Source: Malacoraja senta
Taxonomy: Eukaryota
Length of the DNA stretch: 64,000 bases
Assembly (NCBI GenBank): GCA_038087875.1
Contig: CM075996.1
Span: forward strand, 2,730,001-2,794,000
Direction: 5' to 3'
A program made the translations under genes and the position numbers. This document shows positions 26,098 through 39,801 of the stretch, one piece after another (the stretch's first letter is position 1; each line of letters begins with the position of its first letter). The notes beneath the pieces are model-generated. The model saw only the letters and a program-made list of their open reading frames with translations. It was not told the DNA's origin and did not search any database.

Positions 26098-26557
26098 TAA
26101 ACATACAAAGGATAGACATAAACAGCTGGAAGGTAGAAAAAAAATGCTGGTGAAACTCAGCGGGTGAGGCCGCATCTATGGAGCGAAGGAATAGGTCGAG
26201 ACCTGAAACGTCACCTATTTCCTTCGCTCCATAGATGCTGCCTCCTCACCCGCTGAGTTTCTCCAGCATTTTTGTCTACCTTCGATTTTTCCAGCATCTG
26301 CAGTTCCTTCTTAAACACAAAAAGCTGGAGAAACTTAGCGGGTCAAACAGCATCCCTTCAGTCTGAAGAATGGTCTCGAGCCGAAACGTCACCTATTCCT
26401 TCTCTCCAGAGATGTTGTCCAACCCACTGAGTTACTCCAGCACTTTGTGCCTATCTTCGGTTTAAACCAGCACCTGCAGTTCCTTCCTACACAAATAAAC
26501 ATACATATTCGATTGCAAAATGCACTGTACATTGACCCAGGTTTCAACAGCCAAACC

Positions 26558-26563
26558 TTTATT
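26558..26563 (-). terminator. Candidate polyadenylation signal of BAIAP2L2 (AATAAA)
   Basis: Minus-strand AATAAA in unique AT-rich sequence ~850 nt downstream of the stop codon. Confidence 0.45.
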
Positions 26564-27413
26564 CTAAGTGTTGGATGGAAATGGAAATGAGAGCTGAGTA
26601 GGAATGACATTTCTAAGACATTCTTTTGTATTGTTGCAAACTCATAATCACATAATATCATAATTAATAAATTCGTAGCCAGCGACATGTGGGTTCTGAG
26701 GTGCAGCCCAGTGGTGTAGCAGGTAGAGGCGCTGCCTCACAGCACCAGAGTTCCCGGTTCAATCCCGACCATCGACTCTTGCACGAGGAGAACTTTAGAC
26801 TTTGGAGAAACAGCGCGGAAACGGGCCCTTCAGTCCGCGCCGACCAGCGATCTCCCCGTACACTAGCACTATCCGACACGCAAGGGACAATTTACAATTT
26901 ACAAAAGCTAACTAACCTACAAACCCGCACGTCTTTGGGTTGTGGGAGGCAACCCGAGCCCCCGGAGAAAACCCACGTGGGTCACGGAGAGAACGCACAG
27001 ACAGCAACCCGTGGTCAGGATCGAACCGGGGGGGGGGGGTCTCTGGCTGCTGCGAGTCAGCAACACTACCCCGCCGTGCCACCGTGCCCGCCCCATTTTC
27101 CCTTTGAGACAGATCTAAACACGACATTAATCCCAAAGATTGGTCAAAAAAAGGAAAACATGACACTGATCACGGAGACACGGGGAACTGCAGATGCTGG
27201 AATCTGGAACAAAACACAAAGTGCCGGAGGAAGTCGGCAGCATCTGTGGAGGGAACGGACAGGCGAGGTTTCGGGTCGGGAGACGATGTCCGTCCTTTCC
27301 CTCCGCACAGACGCCGCCTGAGCCCGCTGAGTTCCTCCAGCACAGTGTACGATACGGTTAACGCTCTCGTCCCTCTCTCTGGGGCGGCAGCATCAGCACT
27401 TCTAACGTCCTGT

Positions 27414-27489
27414 CTATCGGATAAGCGGTGTCGACCGGTCGTTGGTAACAGTCGGCCTCAGTTTCACCGTGGCAAAAGGATTGGTTCCC
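27414..27489 (-). CDS. BAIAP2L2: BAIAP2L2 terminal coding exon, WH2-like tail ([24 protein letters not shown])
   Basis: Acceptor ctttag, TAG stop at 27414-27416. Near-identical to the human C-terminus [25 protein letters not shown]. Confidence 0.95.
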
Positions 27490-28104
27490 CTAAAGGACGC
27501 AAAAACAGAAAGGCAGAGAATTAACTTAACGACCGACAGACCCGTCCTCTCACCGTTCGAGGAGTCCGTATCACCAACAACTTCAGAAACGATGGGAGCC
27601 AGAATTAGGCCCATTCGGCCCATCACGTCTACTCCACACTGCTAACCCCATTCACCCGTAGTCAGGATCGAACCCGGGTCTCTGGCGCTGTGAGGCCACA
27701 ACTCCACCGTGTCGCCCCCTGGTGATGAGGTGTAGGACAGTTCACCTCTCTGTGCCTTCATTTGGATTTTGGTTCCAGCACCTTAAACAGCAGAAGGGCC
27801 CATAAGGTCATAAGTGATAGGAGTAGAATTAGGCCATTCAGCCCATCAAGTCTACTCCGCCATTCAATCATGGCTGATCTATCTCTCCCTCCTAACCCCA
27901 TTCTCCTGCCTTCTCCCCGTAACCCCTGATACCTGCACTAATCAAGAATTTATCTATCTCTGCCTTAAAAATATCCATTGACTTGGCCTCCACAGCCTTC
28001 TGTGGCAATGAATTCCACAGATTCACCACCGTCTGACGAAAGAAATTCCTCCTCATCTCCTTTGTAAAGGAACGTCCTTTAATTCTGAGGCTGTGACCTC
28101 AGAA

Positions 28105-28466
28105 TGGGGTTGGACAGGCTAGATGCAGGAAGATTATTCCCGATGTTGGGGAAGTCCAGGACAAGGGGTCACAGCTTAAGGATAAGGGGGAAATCCTTTA
28201 AGACCGAGATGAGGAAAAACTTTTTCACACAGAGAGTGGTGAATCTCTGGAACTCTCTGCCACAGAGGGTAGTTGAGGCCAGTTCATTGGCTATATTTAA
28301 GAGGGAGTTAGATGTGGCCCTTGTGGCTAAGGGGATCAGGGGGTATGGAGAGAAGGCAGGTACGGGATACTGAGTTGGATGATCAGCCATGATCATATTG
28401 AATGGCGGTGCAGGCTCGAAGGGCCGAATGGCCTACTCCTGCACCTATTTTCTATGTTTCTATGTA
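28105..28466 (+). mobile_element. CR1-type LINE 3' fragment
   Basis: Nearly identical to 1-282. Confidence 0.92.
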
Positions 28467-28549
28467 TCTAGTCCCGGACTCTCCCACCAGTGGAAACATC
28501 CTCTCCACATCCATTTCACTACTCGGTAAGTTTCAAGTTTCAGCCTATA

Positions 28550-29015
28550 TTAAAGCAATGGTCAAGAAAGCCCACCAAACGCCTCCACTTCCCCAGAAGG
28601 AAGTTCGGCATCTCCCCGACAACTCTCACCAACTTCTACAGATGCACCCTAGAAAGCATTTGTATCGGGACGCATCGCAGCTTGGTTCGGGAACAGCTCC
28701 ATCCAAGACCACGAGAAATTGCAGAGAATCGTGGACGCAGCCCAGACCATCACACAAACAAAACCAACTGTTATCAGGCAACTGAACCATCCCACCAACA
28801 ACTAGAGAGCAGCCCTGAACTACCTCATTGGAGACCCTTGGACTTAGTTAGACTTCACTGGACTTTCTCTGGCACTAAACGTATTCCCTTTATCCTGTAT
28901 CTGTACACTGTGGACGGCTCTCGACTGTAATCATGTATTGTCTTTCCGCTGACCGGTTAGCTCGCAACAAGAGCTTTTTTGCTGTACCTCGGTACACGTG
29001 ACGATAAACAAAACT
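28550..29015 (+). mobile_element. Rex1/Babar-like LINE 3' fragment
   Basis: KKAHQRLHF...KFGISPTTLTNFYRCTLES...LQRIVDAAQTI remnant plus the shared 3' UTR. Confidence 0.8.
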
Positions 29016-29095
29016 AATGCAAACCTAGCTGACTTCATCAAACATTATCACCCTGCACGTCTTGTCCAGTTGTTTGAATTTTAAAAAAAACTTAC

Positions 29096-29136
29096 CTGGG
29101 AAAAAGTTCGTGCTGGTTTTCTGTCCCGCCAAAGAG
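29096..29136 (-). CDS. BAIAP2L2: BAIAP2L2 penultimate micro-exon (LFGGTENQHELFPR)
   Basis: 41 nt, strong ttttctttttag acceptor and CAG|GTAAG donor. ELFPR matches human BAIAP2L2. Confidence 0.9.
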
Positions 29137-29654
29137 CTAAAAAGAAAACGAGTAATTAAACACTCAATGTTTGTTTCCTAACAATAAAAACTGGGAGAGA
29201 ACTCTGTCACAGGATTGTGTCTCTCCATATCCAAGTGTGTCTTGACTTTCACCTGCCCCGTGAGAAGGCATTTAAATCAAGGGGTAAATTGGTGATGGAT
29301 AATAAACGTTGACATAGTCAATGAGAATAATACTAGGGTGGGAGATTGCAACCTTCACCTGTTTCGACGAATGCAATCAACCTGGCGTGTACAATCAAAT
29401 AAGATCAAATAGAACAAGTTGTCCTGCAACTTTAGGCTGTACACGCCATACGCAAGAAGAGGAAGAAGTATAATACGTAGAATTAGTGTGAACGGGCAAT
29501 CGTTGCATTGTTCTTGTGTAGGAAGGAAGTGCAGATGCCTTTTTAAACCGAAGGTAGACAAGAAATGCCAGAGTGACTCAGCTGGACGGAACGATGTCCT
29601 ACCTTTCCTCCAGCTGAACCAAGAGTTGCTGAACACCTTTGCTCAGTCCACCCT

Positions 29655-30170
29655 CATCTCCCAGTTTCCAGACACTTCAACTCCCCCTCCCATTCCCACA
29701 CTGGCCTTTCTGTCCTGGGCCTCCTCCACTGTCAGAGTGAGGCCCAGCGCAAATTGGAGGAGCAGCACCTCATATTTTGCTTGGGCAGCTTACACCCCAG
29801 CGGTGTGAACATTGACTTCTCTAACTTCAAGTAATCCCTGCATCCCCTTCTCTCTCTCCATCACCCCCTCCCCCACCCTAGTCCTCTTGCTCACTTCACC
29901 GTTTGTATCCATTCGCTATCACCTCGTCCCCAGCCAACAATGGACCCTTGTGGGCTCCACCTTTCCCGAGTCACCGATGCAGGCTGGGCTTTGTTCCATA
30001 CCTTCCCATACCTCTAGTTTCCCCCTCCCTGACTCACAGTCTGAAGAAGGGTCGCGACCAGATGCAACACCCATTCCTTCTCTCCAGAGACGCTGCCCGT
30101 CCCGCTGAGTCACTCCAGCATTTAGTGTCTATCTTCGGTGTAAACCGGCACCTGCAGTTCCTTCCTACAC
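29655..30170 (+). mobile_element. Penelope-like element 3' end (ORF C-terminus, UTR, degenerate hammerhead, terminal repeat)
   Basis: HFNSPSHSHTGLSVLGLLHCQSEAQRKLEEQHLIFCLGSLHPSGVNIDFSNF runs directly into the ctgaagaagggt... repeat. Confidence 0.8.
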
Positions 30171-31794
30171 ATGTAGGAATTCCCTGCTGGAGAACAAGTT
30201 ACGATACAGTGCAATAGCACCATCTGCTGGCATTCCATTCTCTTCTAATCAAAAGAGATCACAGCCTTGAAATTAGACAAAAATGCTGGAGAAACTCAGC
30301 GGGTGAGGCAGCATCTATGGAGCAAAGGAAATAGGTGATGTTTCGGGTCGAGATGCTGCCTCACCCGCTGAGTTTCTCCAGCATTTTTGTCCACCTTCGA
30401 ATTTTTTCCAGCATCTGCAGTTCCTTCTTAAACACAGCCGTGAAATTGGCTTGGTTTATTTTAGAGATGCAGGGCGGAAACAGGCCCTTCGGCCCACCGA
30501 GTCCGCGCCGGCCATCGATCACCCGTTTACACACTAGTTCTATGTTACCCCACTTTCTCATCCACTCCCTACACACTAGGGGGACAATTTACAGAGGGCC
30601 GATTCACCTACAAACCCGCACGTCTTTGGGATGTGGGAGGAAACCGGTGCGCCCGGAGGAAACCCACGGGATCACAGGAGGAACTTGCAAACTCCACGAG
30701 GCTATGACCGGAGGTCAGGGTCGAACCGGGCTACTCTGGGGGTGGTGATGCTGGATTCCACCAGTGACAGGATGGCAGACTATTCTCAGCAAGGCTCATG
30801 ATTAACTAAAGATGTATAAAACTGAGGAAGACACAAGGAATTGCAGATGCTGGAATCTGGAGCTAATACAAAGCACTGGAGGATCTGATTGATGAAAGAA
30901 AAGATCGACTGGGCTTGTATTCACCGGAATTTAGAAGGATGAGAGATCTGATAGAAAAATATTGGATTCTTAAGGGATTGGACAGGCTAGATGCAGGAAA
31001 AATGTTCCCCATGTTGGGGGAATCCAGAACCAGGGGCCACACAGTTTAAGAATAAGGGGTCGGCCATTCAGGACTGAGATGAGGAAAAACGTTTTCACCC
31101 AGAGTGTTGTGAATCTGTGGATTTCTCTGCCACAGAAGGCAGTGGAGGCCAATTCACTGGATGTTTTCAAGAGAGAGTTGGATTTAGCTCTTGGGGCTAA
31201 CGGAATCAAGGGATATGAGGAAAAAGCAGGAACGGGGTACTGATTGTGGATGATCAGCCATGATCACATTGAATGGTGGTGTTGGCTCGAAGGGCCGAAT
31301 GGCCTACTCCTGCACCTATTTTCTATGTTTCTATCTCTGCGGGTCAGTCAGCATCTGTAGAGAGAAATGGACAATGTCTCCGCTCCTCGGTCCATTCCCT
31401 CCACAGACGCTGCCTGTCCTGCTGAGTTCCTCCAGCATGTAGTGTCTTTTTGCTCAAGGTTCTTGCGTCTGCAGTTCCTTGTGTCCCCGGTGTACATGCA
31501 GAGACGTCACACTTCAAATTCTCGAACCAAACTCAGTAAAACACTCTGCGTAGGAAGGAACTGCAGATGCTGATTTTATACCAAAGATAGACTCAAAATG
31601 CTGGAGTAACTCAGCGGGTCAGGCAGCATCTCTGGAGAGAAGGAACGGGTGACGTTTTGGGTCGAGACCTTTCTTCAGAATGCTTTTGTCAATTGTTCAT
31701 TCAACAATGTTGAAAAGGGTCCCGACCCCAAAACGTCACCTATTCCTTTTCTCCAGAGATGCTGCCTGACCCGCTGAGTTCCACCGGCATTTTG

Positions 31795-32097
31795 GTTTAG
31801 TTTAGAGATACAGCGCGGAAACAGGCCCTTCAGCCCACTGAGTCCGTGCCGACCAGCGATCCCCGAACACTCACACTATCCTACACACACTAGGGACAAT
31901 TTACAATTTTTACCGAAGCCATTTGGCCTACAAACCCGCACGTCTTTGCAGTGTGGGAGGAAACCGGAGCTCCCGGGGAAAACCCACGCAGGTCACGGGG
32001 AGAAGGTACAAACTCCGTACAGACAGCACCCGTAATCAGGATCGAACCCGGGTCCCTGGCGCCGTGAGGCAACAACTCTACCCACTGCGCCACCGTG
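31795..32097 (-). mobile_element. HE1-like SINE, full length
   Basis: A/B boxes and tail on the minus strand. Confidence 0.92.
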
Positions 32098-34777
32098 ACG
32101 GTTTTGTGTCTATCTTCAGTAAAACACTTTTATCTTTAAGAAGAGCAACAGAATCTTCTCGAAGAGGGGGAGAGGGACACAGGAGAGACTGCAGGTGATG
32201 GGATATTGAGCAGGGCACTGGAGGAGAGGGTCAGGCAGGAGGGAATCGACAGGTAAAGCTTCAAGTCGGGTACGAAGAAGGGTCTTCACATAGGAACAAA
32301 ACGCTGGAGGAACTCAGCGGGACAGGCAGCAGCATCACTGGAGAGAAGGAACGGGTGACGTTTCGGGTCGACACCTTTCTTCAGACTGACCCGAAACTTC
32401 GCCTTGTCCATTCACTCCGCAGATGCTGCCTGACCCGCTGACCTCCTCCGGCACTTTGTGTTTTAACTCAAGAGGAAGGGGAAATTACATCTACCAGAGG
32501 TAGAGACAAAAAGCTGGAGGAACTCAGCAGGACAGGCAGCAGCGTCTCTGGAGAGAAGGAACGGGTGAGGTTTCGGGTCAGGCTGAAGAAGGGTCTCGAC
32601 CCGAAACGTCACCCATTCCTTCTCTCCAGAGACGCTGCTGCCTGTCCCGCTGAGTTCCTCCAGCTTTTTGTTTCTATCTTCGGTTTAAACCAGCACCTGC
32701 AGTTCCTTCCTGCACATTACATCTCCCAGATCTGCTCACCAGCAGAACAATCATGCAAACTCCACAAATAAAACACTTCCGATTAACCCTCTTGCACGTC
32801 ATAATTGCTGCCAGCTCTGTGGCTTTTATGCTTTATAGATTTGATCTTTCCAATCAGTCATGGGGGTTTCCAGGGTATGTTGGTGCCACTGCTCTGAGAT
32901 TTCTAACACGTACAGAAGGCATTTGGGTAGAGTTGCTGCCTCACAGCGCCAATCTATTTATTATCGACCTCTTCGGTGACCCTCGGACTATCCTTGATCG
33001 GACTATGCTGGCTTTACCTTGCACTAAACATTCTTCCCTTATCATGTATCTGTGGGCGGCTTGAAACATCTAAGATTGTTAAGGGCTTGGGCATGCTAGA
33101 GGCAGGAAACATGTTCCCGATGTTGGGGGAGTCCAGAACCAGGGGCCACAGTTTAAGAATAAGGAGTAAGCCATTTAGAACGGAGACGAGGAAACACTTT
33201 TTCTCACAGAGAGTGGTGAGTCTGTGGAATTCTCTGCCTCAGAGGCTGGTTCTCTGGATGCTTTCAAGAGAGAGCTAGATAGGGCTCTTAAAGATAGCGG
33301 AGTCAGGGGATATGGGGAGAAGGCAGGAACGGGGTACTGATTGGGGATAATCAGCCATGATCACATTGAATGGCGGTGCTGGCTCGAAGGGCCAAATGGC
33401 CTACTCCTGCACCTATTGTCTATTGATTGTAACCATGTATTGTCTTTCCGCTGACTGGTTGTCACACAACAAAAGCTTTTCCCTGTACCTCGGTACAGGT
33501 GACAAAAACTAAACTGAACTTAGCTAAACACCAGGGACAATCCAGACTAAGGAAGGAATCCCGAAACGTCGCCTATTTCCTTCGCTCCATAGATGCTGCC
33601 TCACCCGCTGAGTTTCTCCAGCATTTTTGTCAATCCAGACTAAGGATGCTGATTGTGTGTGGATTTTGCACGTCCTCCCTAGGTTTCACCGAGGTGCCCC
33701 CCTCATCCTGCTAAACTCCAGCGAGTACAGGCCCAGTGCCGACAAACCCTGCCATTTTGTTATTTTTGTCACCTCAGCTATTTTGACACGGCCAAAACAG
33801 AAAGCTGTTGTTAGTGTGTGGGGATGAACTGCAGATGCTGGTTTAAACCGAAGACTGGCACAAGAAGCTGGAGTAACTCAGCGGGTCAGGCAGCATCTGT
33901 GGAGGGAAGGAATGGGTGACGTTTCGGGTCGAGACCCTTCTTCAGACTGAGAGTCAGGGGAGAGGGAAACGAGAGATATAGATGGTAAGAATAATTTTGT
34001 GCCCATCAGAGGAACAGAAGGTTTGTTACACTTGATGGGGAATGTGGAACAAGTTAAAATACAGAACAAACTAGAGGTTCGAACAGGTACAGAAAAAAAA
34101 ACTAGTTCTTTCATTGAGTCCGAAGAAGGGTCTCGACCCAAAACGTCAACCATTCCTTCTCTCCAGAGATGATGCCTGGCCCGCTGAGTTACTCCAGCAT
34201 TTTGTGTCTATCTTTGATTTAAACCAGCGTCTGCAGTTCTTTCCTGATCACCTTCTCTCCAGTGCTGCTGCCTGTCCCCCCTGCTGAGTTACTCCAGCGT
34301 TTTGTGTGTCTGTCTCCAAGCTGTTGTCAGTGTTGGGGTAAAGTCCAAAAACAAGGGCCAGGCGACCTTGCGTCAGGCCAGCGCGTCTCTGCATGACGTG
34401 CGGGAGAGACGACGGGACAAACGGGCATTTGGGCCCCGCGGTCAGTGGGAGAGGGTTAAACGTTCCCGAGAGCTGCAGTGAAAGTGAAGCCATCTTACGG
34501 ACTCTAGCAGAATGAACTGTTCCCTTGAAGCCACCAGAAATCTGGCTGCGAAGTTGTGTCCAAGAGAATCGACGCAAATTTGGCCAGCTAGCGAGAGGAG
34601 ATGAAACCGTATCACAAACCTCCGATTATATTCTGACTATGGAGACCCTCGGACTAAATTTGATCGGACTTTACCTTGCACTAAACCTTATTCCCTTAAT
34701 CCTGTATATCTACACTGTAGCCACCTTGATTGTAATCATGCATCAGACTTATTAACTGGACATCATCTTGCACTAAA

Positions 34778-35312
34778 CTATAGGAGTAAAGAGGTCCTTC
34801 TGAAGTTGTACAGGGACCTAGTGAGACCACACCTGGAGTATTGTGTGCAGTTTTGGTCCCCTAATTTGAGGAAGGACATTCTTGCTGTTGAGGGAGTGCA
34901 GCGTAGGTTTACAAGGTTAATTCCCGGGATGGCGGGACTGTCATATGCTGAGAGAATGGAGCAGCTGGGCTTGTACACTCTGGAGTTTAGAAGGATGAGA
35001 GGATATCTTATTGAAACATGTAAGATTATTAAGGGTTTGGACACGCTAGAGGCAGGAAACATGTTCCCGATGTTGGGGGAGTCCAGAACCAGGGGCCACA
35101 GTTTAAGAATAAGGGGTAAGCCATTTAGAACAGAGACGAGGAAACACTTTTTCACACAGAGAGTGGTGAGTCTGTGGAATTCTCTGCCTCAGAGGGCGGT
35201 GGAGGCCGGTTCTCTGGATACTTTCAAGAGAGAGTTAGACTCCGCTATCTTTAAGAGCTCTGTCTAGCTCTCTCTTGAAAGCATCCAGAGAACCGGCCTC
35301 CACCGCCCTCTG
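34778..35312 (+). mobile_element. CR1-type LINE fragment with inverted 3' tip
   Basis: ORF 34806-35267 (LVRPHLEYCVQFWSP). 35240-35310 is an inverted copy of adjacent LINE sequence. Confidence 0.9.
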
Positions 35313-35865
35313 GATAGGCAGCATCTCTGGAGAGAAGGAGTGGGTGACATTTCATGTCAGAGCACTTCTTCAGACTCAAGAACATGAGAAGAGGCTACAT
35401 TTCAAAACCAGGACCTAGTCTGAAGAAGGGTCTCGACCCGAAACGTCACCCATTCCTTCTCTCCAGAGATGCTGCCTGCCTGTCCCGCTGAGTTACTCCA
35501 GCTTTTTATGTCTTTCTTCTGAACTGTAGTTCATCTTAAAGTGTTCAACTGTAGATGGGCATCATTTTTTTCACCCGGAGAGTCGTGAATCTGTGGAATT
35601 CTCTGCCTCAGAAGGAAGCCGATTCACTGGATGTATTCAAGAGAGAGTTGGACATGGCTCTTTGGGCTAACGGAATCAAGGGATATGGGGAGAAAGCAGG
35701 AACGGGGTACTGATTCTGGATGATCAGCCATGATCATATTGAATGGCGGTGCTGGCTCGAAGGGGCCGAACGGCCTACTCCTGCACCTATTTTCTATGTT
35801 TCCAAAACTGGCAGGGGTGGCACAGGGGTGGGGGAGCGGGTAAGATGCCCAACGTCCGTACTCAC

Positions 35866-36085
35866 CCTGCTTTGTCCACTCTCTGACACGGCCAGACTGA
35901 CTGCACTGCCCCGCCGGCTGCTGAGGCCTGGAGGGGCCGGGCTCTGACTCCTGGAGGCGCCGTGGGGCAGAGGCGGTGGGTCGGGGAGCAAGCTGGCCGC
36001 AGGTTTGCTGTAGTCCATCAGCGGCAACATGTAATGCTTGGGATCCATCAGGTTCTCCACGCTGCGTCCACTCATCGGAAACGGC
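35866..36085 (-). CDS. BAIAP2L2: BAIAP2L2 proline/serine-rich exon (PFPMSGRSVENLMDPK...SRSQSPAPPGLSSRRGSAVSLAVSESGQSR)
   Basis: 220 nt, cgcag/gtgagt. Matches human SHSLDDLLD...PSPAPPPLPSSRRSS. Confidence 0.88.
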
Positions 36086-36154
36086 CTGCGTGGGGGAGAG
36101 AGCACGATGGGGCAAGTTGGGCCGAAGGGCCTTGTGTCCACATTGAATCAGTCT

Positions 36155-36537
36155 GTGTATCACACTGTGTATCGCACCGTGTATCCCTCCGTGTATCCCT
36201 CCGTGTATCCCTCCGCGTATCCCTCCGCGTATCCCTCCGCGTATCCCTCCGCGTATCCCTCCGCGTATCCCTCCGCGTATCCCTCCGCGTATCCCTCCGC
36301 GTATCCCTCCGCGTATCCCTCCGCGTATCCCTCCGCGTATCCCTCCGCGTATCACTCCGCGTATCACTCCGCGTATCACTCCGCGTATCACTCCGCGTAT
36401 CACTCCGCGTATCACTCCGCGTATCACTCCGCGTATCACTCCGCGTATCACTCCGCGTATCACTCCGCGTATCACTCCGTGTATCCCTCCGTGTATCCCT
36501 CCGTGTATCACTCTGTGTATTACTCTGTGTATCACTG
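36155..36537. repeat. 12-bp minisatellite (CCGCGTATCCCT / CCGCGTATCACT)n, ~31 copies
   Basis: Direct inspection. Confidence 0.98.
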
Positions 36538-36614
36538 TGAGACACATTGGTCAAAGTTTACAGCTCAGACTGCAACTTGTCTGACGGAGGTGGCTGTAAA
36601 ACACAGATAGATGT

Positions 36615-37375
36615 TTAGTTTGGTTTAGAGATGCAGCGCGGAAACAGGCCCTTTGGCCCACCAGGTCCGTACCCACCAGCGATCCCCGCACACTAACACT
36701 ATCCTACACACTAGGGACAATTTACCATTGAAACCGAAGCCAATTAACCTACAAACCTGCACGTCTTTGGAGTGTGGGAGGAAACCGGGGATCTTGTGCC
36801 AATTCTGTGTCCATAAATGTTGCCCCAAACTCTTTCACCCAAAGACGTGCAGGTTTGTAGGTTAATTGACTTTGGTATACTAGTAAATTGTCTCTTCTGT
36901 GTGTACTATGGCGTAGTGTGCGGGGATCGCTGGTCGGCGCGGACTCGGGGAGCCGATGGGCCTGTTTCTGTGCTGTATCTCTACACTAAACTAAACTAAA
37001 CCAGACCATGGAATCAAAGGGAACCTGTCACGTGATCTCAGGAACAAGGATCTCACGATGAATAAGGGCGGCATGGTGGCACAGCGGTAGAGTTGCTGCC
37101 TCACAGCGCCAGAGACCCGGGATCCATCCTGACTACGGGTGCTGTCTGTACGGAGTTTGTACGTTCCCCCCGTGACCTGCGGGTGCTCCGGTTTTCTCCC
37201 ACACTCCAAAGTCGTACAGGGTTGCAGGTTGATTGGCTTCAGTGAAAATTATAAATTGTCCCTCGGGTGTGTGTAGGATAGTGTTAGTGTGCGGGGATCG
37301 TTGGTCGGCACGGAATCGGTGGGCCGAAGGGCCTGTTTCCACGCTGGATGTCTAAACTAAACTAAGAAACTAAAC
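36615..37375. mobile_element. Cluster of three HE1-like SINE copies (minus, plus, plus)
   Basis: Inverted 3' halves at 36615-36790 and 36835-37000. Full copy at 37067-37375. Confidence 0.85.
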
Positions 37376-37544
37376 TGAAGAAGGGTCTCGACCCGAAACG
37401 TCACCCATTCCTTCTCTCCAGAGATGCTGCCTGTCCCGCTGAGTTACTCCAGCATTTTGTGTCTGTCTTCAAACTAAACATCCATCTGTGTTTTACAGCC
37501 ACATCCATAAGACAAGTTGCAGTCTGAGCTGTAAACCTCAACCA

Positions 37545-37888
37545 CCCCCTCTTCTCCCCTCTCCCATCGGGCAAAAGGTACAGAAGTGTGAAAACGCACA
37601 CCTCCAGATTCAGAGACAGTTTCTTCCCAGCTGTTATCAGGCAACTGAACCATCCTACCACAACCAGAGAGCAGTGCTGAACTACTATCTACCTCATTGG
37701 TGACCCTCGGACTATCCTTGATCGGACTTTGCTGGCTTTACCTTGCACTAAACGTTATTCCCTTGTCATGTATCTGTACACTGTAAACGGCTCGATTGTA
37801 ATCATGTATTGTCTTTCCGCTGACTGGATAGCACGCAACAAAAGCTTTTCACTGTACCTCGGTACACGTGACAATAAACTAAACTGAA
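37545..37888 (+). mobile_element. Rex1-like LINE 3' end
   Basis: LPSGKRYRSVKTHTSRFRDSFFPAVIRQLN followed by UTR ending gtgacaataaactaaact. Confidence 0.82.
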
Positions 37889-37943
37889 CCAATGTGCATT
37901 GAAATCCACAACCAACGCGCAGAATGCCGAGCGACGCAATTAC

Positions 37944-38015
37944 CTGAGTGACGGCTCATGAGCCTGGAGCTCTTCCTGAAAAGGTTGCACGAATGAATGT
38001 GGGAACCAGCCCTGC
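37944..38015 (-). CDS. BAIAP2L2: BAIAP2L2 exon, SH3 C-terminal part (QGWFPHSFVQPFQEELQAHEPSLR)
   Basis: 72 nt, cgcag/gtaatt, phase 2/2. Contains the GWFP SH3 signature. Confidence 0.92.
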
Positions 38016-38702
38016 CTGCGGGAACAAAGACCACGAAGGTGTCATCATTCACTGAAGCAGAAATTACAAGCACCTTTGTCTCTGACACGGTGGCACAGTG
38101 GTAGAGTTGCTGCCTCACGGTGCCAGAGACCCGGGTTTCATCCTGACTACGGGTGCTGTCTGTACGGAGTTTGTACCTTCTCCCCGTGACCGCGTGCTCC
38201 GGTTTCCTCCCACACTGCACAGGCTCCAGCAGGTTAATTGGCTTGGTATATAGGTGAATTGTCCCTAGTGTGCGTTGGGTAGTGGTAGTGTGTGGGGGGG
38301 ATCGCTGGTCGGCACGGACTCGGTGGGCCGAAGGGCCTGTTTCCGTGCTGTATCTCCAAACTAAAAATATTAGTCATTGCTGTGCTGATCATTGGGAAAC
38401 GCACACAAACTCACACACACTCGCGCACACTCACGAACTCGCGTGCACACTCACCCACACACTCGCGCACACACTCACGCACACTCACACTCATACACAC
38501 TCACTCATACACTCACATACACACTCGCGCACTCACACTCACACACTCACTCATACACACTCACAGACACACACACACTCACCCACACACTCGCGCACAC
38601 ACTCACACTCACACACACTCACATGCTCACACATACACACGCTCACACGCACACACATCTCTGAAACATAAACTAAATATCAGTCGTCGGGAGATGACCT
38701 AC

Positions 38703-38907
38703 TTTGGTGATCCTTCCAGCTTGCCAAACAACCAGCCGTTCTTGGCCTCTGGAACCAATATGGTGACGATATCTCCTTTTTCGAAGTTGAGCATGGATTG
38801 GTTGCGGACAGCTGCGTGGGAGATGACGGCCTGGACACGGGCGCCTGTCAGCCCAGCGACTCTGTCACCCCGCAGCCCCTGCGACTGACCCCCAACCGAG
38901 CCCAGTC
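38703..38907 (-). CDS. BAIAP2L2: BAIAP2L2 exon, SH3 N-terminal part (RVQAVISHAAVRNQSMLNFEKGDIVTILVPEAKNGWLFGKLEGS)
   Basis: 205 nt, cag/gtaggt. Clear SH3 sequence matching human VLVPEAQNGWLYGKLEGS. Confidence 0.93.
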
Positions 38908-39074
38908 CTGGGGAGAGATGGAACCAATATTATAACCGGAGACAGATAGCCTGGACTCCGAGGGTCTGAGCTACAGGGAGAGGCTGAGCAGGCTGGGACT
39001 CTGCGACAAGGCTGGCTCGGAACAAATCAGAGCCAGCGTCCATGGCCAAGAAGTGACTAGATCATGCTGTCAAG

Positions 39075-39801
39075 TTGGGAAAAGGGGAAGTACAACGGGA
39101 TCTAGGGGGTCCTTGTTCATCAGTCACTGAAAGTAAGCATGCAGGTACAGCAGGCAGTGAAGAAAGTCAATGGCATGTTGGCCTTCATAACAAGAGGAGT
39201 TGAGTATAGGAGCAAAGAGGTCCTTCTGCAGTTGCACAGGGCCCTTGTGAGACCCACACCTGGAGTATTGTGTGCAGTTTTGGTCTCCAAACTTGAGGAA
39301 GGACATACTTGCTATTGAGGGAGTGCAGCTTAGGTTAACCAGGTTAATTCCCGGGATGGCGGGACTGTCATATGCTGAGAGAATGGTGCGGCTGGGCTTG
39401 TATGCTCTGGAATTTAGGTTGAGAGGGGACCTTATTAAAACATATAAGATTATTAAGGGTTTGGACATGCTAGAGGCATGTTCCCGATGTTGGGGGAGTC
39501 CAGAACCAGGGGCCATAGTTTAAGAATAAGGAGTAAGCCATTTAGAACGGAGACGAGGAAACACTTTTTCTCACAGAGAGTTGTGAGTCTGTGGAATTCT
39601 CTGCCTCAGAGGGCGGTGGAGGCAGGTTCTCTGGATACTTTCATGAGAGAGCTAGATAGGGCTCTTAGGGATAGCGGAGTTAAGGGATATGGAGAGAAGG
39701 CAGGAACGGGGTACTGATTGGGGATGATCAGCCATGATCACATTGAATGGCGGTGCCGGCTCGAAGGGCCGAATGGCCTACTCCTGCACCTATTGTCTAT
39801 T
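39075..39801 (+). mobile_element. CR1-type LINE 3' fragment
   Basis: Frameshifted RT C-terminus and tail. Confidence 0.92.
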
